A stretch of DNA of 54,672 nucleotides, counting the filler, from Bipalium vagum (lineage: Eukaryota): NCBI GenBank assembly GCA_037834085.1. It is 3 parts of 3 records of this genome, joined end to end, with 100 filler letters (N's around TTAATTAATTAA, not from the genome) between each part and the next. Parts side by side here need not be neighbours in the genome. Positions count along the whole stretch, not along the records: positions 38,510 to 54,672 come from JBBMKC010124326.1; 2 more parts are not named here. One strand, written 5' to 3'. The notes beneath the pieces are model-generated. The model worked only from the letters and a program-made list of their open reading frames with translations. It made no database searches and had not been told where the DNA came from. The translations under genes were made by a program, and so were the position numbers. Positions 45,293 through 54,672 of this stretch are shown in pieces (positions within the stretch are counted from its first letter, which is position 1; every line of letters starts with the position of its first letter).

Positions 45293-46660
45293 ACACTACT
45301 TTCGGAAAGTATTTGTACACCTTTTAATTATAACTTTAAACTTTAACAAATCTTACAAAAAAGAAATAAAAGTTAAGATTATTTCAACTCATATTTATTG
45401 ATAATTACTAAACAGTAACAAGAAAATTTTTAAATAACTAATTAAGCATTAAACCGAAGCTTTATCTATGTAACCTTGTTTTTCAATGTTCGTCTGGTAT
45501 AGCCTTGGGATCCTTTCTAATAGATATCTTAAGGTATCTGGTTTAATTTTTACCCATTTCTTTTGGGGTTTCTGCCACAGATCCTTCTGTGTATTTGGGC
45601 CGGTTTTTTTCGGTCAAATTCATCTCATACTAACTCTGTGGGATTAAGGTCAGGTGATTGAGGGGGCCAGATCATTATTTTTATGATATTTTTCTTTTCC
45701 ATCTTTTTCAAATAATCCTGACATAGTTTAGCTTTATGTTTGGGATCATTGTCCTGTTGAAAAGTAAAATTATTGCCGATAATTCTTAGTCCAGAAGGAA
45801 TGGTGTTACTTCGTAGTATCAGGTTGTGTAGTATGAAATTTGTAGGTAATGAAATTGCCAACTTTAAATGTTTATTTGATATCGGCTTGATATTTTATCA
45901 TTCTGTTTTTTGCGTTGGTAAATTATATGTCGGTCTTGTTTGAAAATATCATTTTAATCTGATAAAGTATAAATCAATTGTTTATTGTATTTGTAATTTA
46001 TTAATAAACTTTGTTTTTTATTTTACAAATTCCATACTACACAACCTGATATATTTTTATAGCCTTCTTTGAATAGTTTCCCATCAATTTCGATTAGATC
46101 TCCTAATAATGGACCACCGAAACAAATTATAACAGATCCTCCTCCGTGTTTCATAGTTGGGATTATGCATTGATCTGACAACCTCTCACCAGTAGACCTG
46201 CGAACAAATAAACTTCTTCTTGATCCAAAAACTTCAATTCATCCGACAAAAGTACCTGACACCAGTCTTCGGATGACCAGTTTTGGTGTTCCCTGACCCA
46301 TTCTAATCTTATCTTCTTTTTTTTAGGCCGAAGTATTGGTTTCCTAGCGACAATTCTTTCAAATAGACCAGCCTTATGAAGCCGGTAATACCTCTTTCTC
46401 GGGCATGGCTTATGTGAGAGGCAATTTCTGGTGCCTTTAGACTTCTATTACGCTTGTTCGTGATTATGATTCTAAAACTTCTGTATCAGTCTTTCATTGT
46501 TCTTAATAATGCCGATATCATTGTATTTCTTTATTATAGTGCTGACCTCTGTATGCCATAATTTTAATTTTCTGCCAATTTGACGAGCACTGCTATTCAT
46601 TATATGTTGGGAAATAATCATACACTTTTTCTCCAGCGAAATCTCATTAGTTTTAACCAT
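45293..46660 (-). mobile_element. Tc1 (DD34E) element remnant
   Basis: TIR-like CACTACTTTCGGAAAGTATTTGTACAC after TA. Transposase motifs PTMKHGGGS, FQQDNDPKH and WPPQSPDLNPTE, plus an N-terminal HTH at 46472-46660. Confidence 0.88.
45819..46049. mobile_element. 231-bp MITE inserted in the Tc1 transposase
   Basis: 26-bp TIRs TCAGGTTGTGTAGTATGAAATTTGTA / TACAAATTCCATACTACACAACCTGA with one mismatch, and a TA duplication. Removing it restores the frame YKNILRSNTIPSG. Confidence 0.85.
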
Positions 46661-49479
46661 ACCTTATATATATATATTTAAATCTTTCTTATCAATATAA
46701 AATCTGCTAAAACTTTAATTATTATTAAACTTTTCTCCTTCCAGATTAAGACAACCATTTCTAATCAATAATATTTTAAATTGAAATGAATGGAGAAAAA
46801 GAATTTAACCTTTTATGTATAAATTCCATTTATGTTATGTGATGTAAGACTGACCTTTGCGGAATTGAAATATGAAGGTTTATGAGATAAGTCAGTTAAA
46901 TTTTTTGAACTGGTGTTACTGCATTTGTAATCAGATTTTATTAATAGGAAATTGGAGACTGCTCCGTGTCAAAATATGATAGAATGGGAATACATATAAA
47001 ATTTTTCTTGACTGTTCTCTTTATACAAAGAATATTTAATTTTCAAATAAAAGTATTCAAAAAAAACGGTATCTTTTTCATTTCATAGTTACTAATTCCT
47101 CCTTCACCCTAAATAATTTGTCATAAAAATGTTGCTGCAACCGGAATGAGCATAAATCTAAGGCATAAATGACTGAGCTATACATTGGATGTCTAGAATG
47201 TACTAGTAGAGTTTTTACTACAGATATCTCCATATCTAGCGTTATGATTTTGCAAAAAATACTTTGTAATACCTAACTCCACTGTCCCATCAAATGCACA
47301 AAATTTTAAAATATTAACATTTCTCATTTGATCAAGAAAAGGTTAAAGTTGGTGAATAACGAATATAATATTTAAACGTGCCATGTGTATGATCAGTACG
47401 AGTACAGTAAGATAAAGAATATTAAGATTGTGAGGAATCCATTTACAGAAAGATTTTAGTGCTTTTTTTCAATATAACTAGACATTTTTTTGCAGTTTTT
47501 TTCTTGTCGTTGCCAAGTTTTTGCCAGTTCGTCCGAAAAATACATCGTCAGATTATCTTGGATTTTTCAATTTCAAACTCCTCTCTTGAAAACTAGTTAA
47601 CGATCATTGAACTTTACGAATTTGAACTACATCAATAGACGATCAACTCATAATGCACACGGTGTCTCATTTGCTTTTCGTCAAGTGTTTTAGATAGAAA
47701 GAAGCGTGGTATAATTGTGTGAAATATATTTTTTATTGCAATTATATTTGATAATATTATTCATGATTACCAATCAAATTTTTTTTAATTATAATAACAT
47801 GAAAATTAAAAATTATTCAATTATTATTGCATTTACATTAATATTAATTACTTGTACCAATGTAATCTATCATATGAGATATCTGATGGTATTGTTGAGT
47901 TTCTCAACGGCCCCAATAAAACCCTTAAAGAAATCCGATTCCTCATAAAATACCCCCTTAAGATTTTAATTAATTTTTAATTAATTTATTAGATAATAAA
48001 TTTTAATTAACCACTTAAAAATCCCATTAAATAATTTCCATAAAATTATTTTTAGCCTATTTAAAACCTATTAAAAATAATTAAAATATTACTGAGAAGT
48101 TTTAAGTGGTTATTAACTGAAGATTTTGGAAGAAAATTGGGAAAACAAAGCAATTAGGTCCCAAAAATGATTATCAAGAAGCAAATTTAGGAAGGTGCTC
48201 GTTTCCAAGCTGATTAGTCTAGAATCAGTATATAAAGAGAAGCATTTCCTCATAATTTCACCGCTCAAGAATCGTGAAAAGTAAGAGTATTGTATAATAT
48301 TATTCGATTCACAATGAGAAGATTATTGATTACTAAGAAGATTATCATTTGTTATTTGCAACAAGTATTTTTAATGCATGTTTACAGTACTTGTATTATG
48401 CCTAAATTTCCCATCAGAGAGTTATCAATGAGCAACCGTTAGGGCTCAGATGATAGCTCGGGAGTTTTGGCTTAAGGTTTCTAAAAATCTTACAAAACAA
48501 AATAGTGAAAAATGAGCTCCATCCCTGTAAATGAAATTATGGAGAAATATTGCATTTGGGTTTCTGCGGATTGAGCTAGCTAATATTAGTAAGCTGTGTT
48601 TCAAAAAGAACTTAGAGAAAGCTCTGCGCTCATTCTGTTTATGTAGATCCAATTGTAAGCACAATACTGCAAAAGTACAGAATTCGATAACATGATAGAC
48701 TTTATTTCATACATGTTAAATTTTTTGTGGTCTGTGATTGTTATTTAGTACGATATAAGACAAATCATAAAGACATAAATATTTATTAATGGTAAAAAAG
48801 ACAAAAATGGCCAGTAAGGAGTTTTTTGAACTTTGGGGTTTGATTGTATTTGTTAAACAGAATCGTCTGTAGAGAATTGACAGAAGACAAGGTCATAATA
48901 AAATTTGTTTCGAAGAATAAAATTATATTTTAATTAGGAAGAATATTCAAATAAAATTCAAAGCACTCTAAAAACAATCCTAAAGTAAATTATTATCGGT
49001 TTTGGATACTTCAGTCAATAATAAATAATATTTAGTCAATAATAAATAAGTAATTAAATTTATTAATTTTATTATTAACCATTAATTTTAAACATTTTCT
49101 GTTCCACATTTAAACTTACTTTATAAAATGACAAAAATATAAATTTTAAAAATAATTTTTTTATTTATATTTTTCTGATGTCCAGTTTCTTATTAAAATA
49201 AATTAGAGCTTAGATTAAAGAATGTATTTTGGATAGGGATTAATTTTGACATGAGATACTTTAATATAGTTAGAAATCCGTTTGGTTAAACATATAATAT
49301 TAATCATATTACTGATAATGAAAAAAATAATATCAGAATTTCAAAATGATTTTTTCGTTTGCAAATACACTAAAAGTCGTGATGTTTATAAATGAAAACC
49401 ATTTTACTTAAAAAATATCAAGAATAATGATCTTAGAAAAATGACGTTAGTTTTGTTTAAATAATTATTTTAAAAATTG

Positions 49480-50230
49480 TCCCATGGAATAAGCTGAAAA
49501 ATTAAAAACTGTGAGATTCAATTTTTCGGAGGAATACCTGTTTGAAGTATTTATTCAGTAATTAATGAATTTGCCTTCAAAAAAATTGTGTCTCACTGGG
49601 TTTCGAGATTGTTAAGTCATGAAATGAAGAAACAAAGAATGGAGATCTAGGCTGATCTGCTGATTGAATATGAATCATGAGAATATTTCTTTAAAGGTAT
49701 TATTCGTGATAAAACATGGATTTACCATCGTGGCCCAGTAGAAATCAAGAAGGCAAGAAATAGTGTCGCCCTAATTCACCCACAAATAGTAAGCAACGAT
49801 TTTGAGATCATTGGAAATGATAATGATAAAGTTTTCTGGGACCACGGAGAGAAAGAATGAAATAATTAACAAAGGAAAGTATTTTCAGACGTAAAGGAAG
49901 TGTCGAAGACCAATTTAATATAAAAGAAAACATTTAAGCGGTAACTCGATTACCATAAATCTATCTTGCTCCTTTCAAATGACACCAGAAAAGATTGACA
50001 TTTTCATTGAAATTTACTACCACAGCCAGCTTATATATTGATCTGGCACCCTCAGATTTTTATTTTTTATTCATTTAAATAGACACCCATGAATAGACAT
50101 TTGATTCAGACGAAACCGTTAAAAATATGCTGTAATGCGATAATGCAAAACCCAAATAGTCATTTTTTATGACTACTATCACAGCCTGAAAAGAAAGGTG
50201 ACAGATGTGTTAATAGAGAGGGTGGATATT
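49480..50230 (+). mobile_element. Decayed mariner remnant
   Basis: FKKIVSHWVSRLLSHEMKKQRME, DKTWIYH and LLPQPAY..DLAPSDF. Confidence 0.75.
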
Positions 50231-50886
50231 TTGTATTGTGTAAGTATGCAGCTTAATATTGTACCTTCATTGTTAAATAAAAGGTTGTTTTTATTCGTTT
50301 TATTTTTTCTATTTATTGTTTAACAGACCAAACGTTTTGAAGGGCTTAATATCAATAAATAGTTAGATATTCTGGTACTGAAATATAAATATAAATTATA
50401 TAAATGAAGTAGAAACGTCTTATTCATTTTTTCTAAACTTTCATTATTATGGATATATGATTTCAAGTATTTAGCTTGACTTTTACTAAAATTAGGATAA
50501 ATTGACTAGACTATTACCAGTAATTAATTTCTATTTACATTCTTCAGGAATTTAAAATACAATTTATCGAATTTTTAAGGAAATCTTTTTATATAAATGT
50601 ATGTCACTATTTAAACAATTAAAGTTTCTTTGCTTGGTGACAGAAAGTCTGACGACATTTGAGCAAAATAGTAATTATATTTTGCTACTGAAGAAGGATT
50701 CCATAACTCATTATTTGTTGGTAAAACTGGAGGCCTATTTTGTAAAGATATTGATGGAGACTGTTTCATGAATGATGTTATTTATTCCTATCATAGTATA
50801 ATATAAGATGATAATTTGAAATCTAGGAAATCCGAGCAAGGGGGAAATCATTAAAAGACACTTCTTCAAAATTGTTTCTAATAGAT

Positions 50887-51055
50887 NNNNNNNNNNNNNN
50901 NNNNNNNNNNNNNNNNNNNNNNNNNNNNNNNNNNNNNNNNNNNNNNNNNNNNNNNNNNNNNNNNNNNNNNNNNNNNNNNNNNNNNNNNNNNNNNNNNNNN
51001 NNNNNNNNNNNNNNNNNNNNNNNNNNNNNNNNNNNNNNNNNNNNNNNNNNNNNNN
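50887..51055. other. Assembly gap (N run)
   Basis: Run of N. Confidence 0.95.
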
Positions 51056-53197
51056 TAATTATAATATCAAATATCAATATCAATGTCTAATTAAAAAATG
51101 TAAAAATAATTAATAAATTGTTACAGTTATTTTGCAATTATAATGAGAATGAAAAGACTCTTTAAAAAATATTTACCTCATAATAAATATAAAGAATTAT
51201 CATGTTTATATTTCACTTTTCGAGGGAAGTAAAATTTAAATTAATATTTCTTTTTTAAATCATTAATTATAGTAGAATAAGCAATAAATAGTAGTAAAGT
51301 AGTCAATATTTTTTAAACTTTTTAAAAAAGTAAATTAAAGTTAAAGAAATTATTTTACTTTTCGAGATAAATAATTAGTTTTAATTTATATAAAGCCAAT
51401 TCCAAATGAATAATACAATAATAAAAAATATTTAGGAGACTTCCAAAAGAAAAACATTTTTAACAATTTGTGGTCTACGTGTGCACGACTATTGCATTAA
51501 ATCTTATTTGAATAAAAGCAATTTGTTATTTTATTTTATTATTTGAAAAAGAAAACCCAGATAAGGTAATATTATAAATACCCTTCCTTTCTTTATTTAT
51601 TTATAAAATCATATATTATTTTATGTAATAGTATAATATAAGAATAGCAATAATAATAATTATATTATTAATAAATTAATTAATAGTAGAATTTTCGATT
51701 CCTATTAAAGTTACTAAAAATATAAAAATTAGATAAAAATTTTGTGGGTTACTATAAATAGAAAACCATAAAATAAAATTTTTGTTAAATTTTAAAACAA
51801 TAAATAAGTATCAATAGAATTTGTGTTCATGGAGAACAGATTTTTTACTGGTAGCCCTTGAGAATATGATACCAATGTCTTTTATTCTCCCACAGGTCTT
51901 TCGTCCGTGTTTTTTCTTAAATTAATATTTTAGTTTATTCAAATCACTGTTTTATTTGTTTTTTTCGGATCTCATTCGATATAGCTGCAGCATTTTATTT
52001 TAAATGATTAATTTAATCTCAAAGCAATAATAGTTTTTATCTTTACTTTTGTAACTATATGGTATATTATTTACATTCAACTAAAATGGTCGCGGCGCTC
52101 TCATAAAATGATCCACTAATCAAAAAAATCATTCTGGAAGGAAATCTTGATTCTAAAATAATGTATAACATAAGAAATATTAAATTCATAAATATCATAT
52201 TATGAAAAAGAGCTGCAGTGATTTCAAATTTCAATCGTTTATTCGATTTATTTCTCGATTTGATTATTTATAGTTTAATATCGATTCAGTGTTTTTGTAT
52301 CAGATTTTTTGATTTACATTTTCTTTAATTATTGATTTTAATATATTAAAAGCTTAATCTTTCTTCAAAGTTACTCGCAAACAAATTATGACAATTAATT
52401 CATTTTCTGTTTTAAATGGATTAGCTGTCTGGAACCCTAACCAACATCAAGATTTTCTATCCATATTATGTCTTTATTGTGCAAATTTAAGTTGAATAAA
52501 TTGATAGCAAATTTATAAGTAGTTATTCAAAATGTTTTTTGTAGTGGTCCTCAACATGTACTTCGTGAATCCAAATCAAATCACTCTTTGTTTTTTGTGG
52601 GTTAGCGAGAATAATGTCAAAAATAGGTATTATTTGTATCTGTTTAGTGTTAAACACTTAGTCGAAGAGATTTTCCATTCACGGACAGTAGTGCATATGC
52701 TTGTTTTATTGTTCAAGTGTTCGTATTATCTTCAATATCACCACTCTTCATCTGATTTTAATAACTAAATCATCGGATTCCGTATTGCAAACTACATATA
52801 TATTTCTGTCCTCTACCATAAACCGGTGAGCCCAACTAATAAAACACCAGTAATTATGTCTTCCCGTTGGTATCATTACTTCTTATCTCTCCAATATATC
52901 CCTCGTTTCATGGTGTTATCGAGCTCGCGTAATCGTAGTTATAATAAAGCATTTCTAAACTTATACATAATATAAAATACGTATCATTTCAAAACCTTCG
53001 TTTTGCAAGGGTATTATAAGAGGAAATAATCTTTCTTAAGTTGTTAGTAAATTAATTAATTAATTATTTTTTGAGAATTTTTTTAAAATAATCGATTACA
53101 TTTTTAAAAAATTTACATTAAATCTGTGGTAAAATTTCGTGAAAGAATTTTTAACATTTTTTGATAAATTTTTATCACATTTCATAAGAGTATTTTA

Positions 53198-53322
53198 ATA
53201 ATAATTATATTTTATATCATAATAATTATATTTTGTAATATAATAATTATATTTTGTAATATAATAATCATATTTTGTAATATAATATTTATATTTTATA
53301 AATAATTATAATAATTATATTT
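53198..53322. repeat. AT-rich ~21-bp minisatellite (ATAATAATTATATTTTGTAAT)
   Basis: About five imperfect tandem copies. Confidence 0.65.
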
Positions 53323-54672
53323 TAATTATTACAGTTATGTTTTTCGAAACTCTTTTTTTAATATAATAGAGTAAAACAAATGACCTCCATAATTTTAAAG
53401 TTGAAAGTTTGAAAAATTATTTATATTTTATTTTTGTGGTTTGGTTGAAAAATCGGTAAAATGTCTCGAATCATAAAAAACGATATTTTCATATACGATT
53501 TGTTATATCCGATTTGATGATCGGATTATACATATTTAGTTATGAACTTTAGAGTTTGTTCGTAGTCAATGTAAATAATCTAAGATATTGAAATCTTGAT
53601 CTCCAATTAATAAGACGATATGAAGATCCTTATGTTCTGAAACTTTGAGAAGACATTTTATTTTTTGAATCTGTCAGATAAGATTGATAAAACTTTCAGT
53701 GAAAAAAATTACATCTTATTTTAAGTGTTTAATGAAAATTGACTAAATTTTAAAATAAATCAATAATAATTTAATTTATTGATTTTCACTTTATTTCTTA
53801 CGAGTTTTATGAGGAAAAAAAACTAATAATTTTTAAATCTTTATTAAATTAATTGAAATTTAATAATTGATAAATCTTTAGACAAATCAATTAAAATTTA
53901 GTAATTAAATATTTAGACCAATAAATTAAAATTTAATAAAACTTAAATAAGTTTAGAGAAGTTTGATTGAAAATATTTTATTAGAAAAATTAGGAAATTA
54001 AATTGTCCTCAGTTTTCCATAATGCTCTTAATTTAGATTTTAAGTTTAATTTTTAATTTAATGTAATCAATAAATTATTATGTATATTATTTTTACTAGT
54101 TGATCAATTTTAAAATATATTTTTAGTTTCAGTTTTCTTATTTTTACTTGTGTTTTAAAAAGAAACACAATGAGCTTTTATCAACCCGAATTTCCTTTCT
54201 AATTGTGAAGAAATGTAGTTATATATTTCAGTAAATTTGATTATTCAAACAAACTTCAAAAAAGGACCTCTTTTTTTTTAAAAATAAGATATTTAATTTA
54301 CAAAAATGTATCACCATTTATTGTGGTATTTTTATTTAAAATTTTCACATAAAAATTTTAACCATTAAAAATATTGAATAACCAATAAAAACCGTGACAT
54401 AAATATTTTATTAATTTTTAAATATTTAAAGTATAAACATTTAATAAGCGTTAATTTAAGTGTGAGGTCCTTATTTACAAAAATTCATTCAAACTGATTG
54501 TTCTAAGCACTCCTTATAAATCTAAAGTCTATATTATCGACGATTAATGATTAAATTATTAATCATGTTATTAGTAATACAGGGTTTTCAACATGATTTA
54601 ATCTTAATAAAGTTTGTCTTAATCATTGTAAAAAATAATTTAATCCCTATAAAGAAAAGTTTAATCATTATA

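Noticed and set aside
48150-48700. Possible Gypsy integrase remnant (SIPVNEIMEK)
   Set aside because: A single weak motif is insufficient without a search.
52388-52495. LNGLAVWN...DFL...C, reminiscent of FucTA exon 2
   Set aside because: Short, ends in a stop and has no convincing splice sites; probably chance.
53198-53322. Regularly spaced ~21-bp repeats as a CRISPR-like array
   Set aside because: Head-to-tail AT-rich units with no unique spacers, in a eukaryotic context.

Overview
Very AT-rich, transposon-dense genomic DNA from an invertebrate animal. The short GT-AG introns (44-49 nt), the PRDM14 gene and the peptide-receptor-type GPCR suggest a lophotrochozoan such as a flatworm, but the taxon is a guess. 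Host genes I can support: a two-exon secreted PAN/Apple-domain protein (4095-4945, +); a rhodopsin-family peptide-receptor GPCR with an intronless CDS (16555-17766, -); a 488-aa ORF with a degenerate OTU-like motif (22021-23487, -); a seven-exon PRDM14 orthologue (26467-32252, -) that the ORF track mostly misses, with near-invariant zinc fingers but a shrunken, divergent PR/SET domain; unassigned exons immediately upstream of it (32358-34345, -); and the first exon of a probable alpha-1,3-fucosyltransferase (43229-43666, +). The rest is mostly decayed Tc1/mariner-superfamily elements (several nested), MITEs, a hAT-like element, and a fossil Polinton/adintovirus module (parvovirus-type PLA2 plus integrase, ~18570-19660). 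An unexplained promoter-plus-ORF cassette sits inside a Tc1-like element (~41457-42230). There are three assembly gaps, two with an artificial TTAATTAATTAA linker. All translations and gene models were made by eye and family assignments come from remembered motifs; no database search was run.
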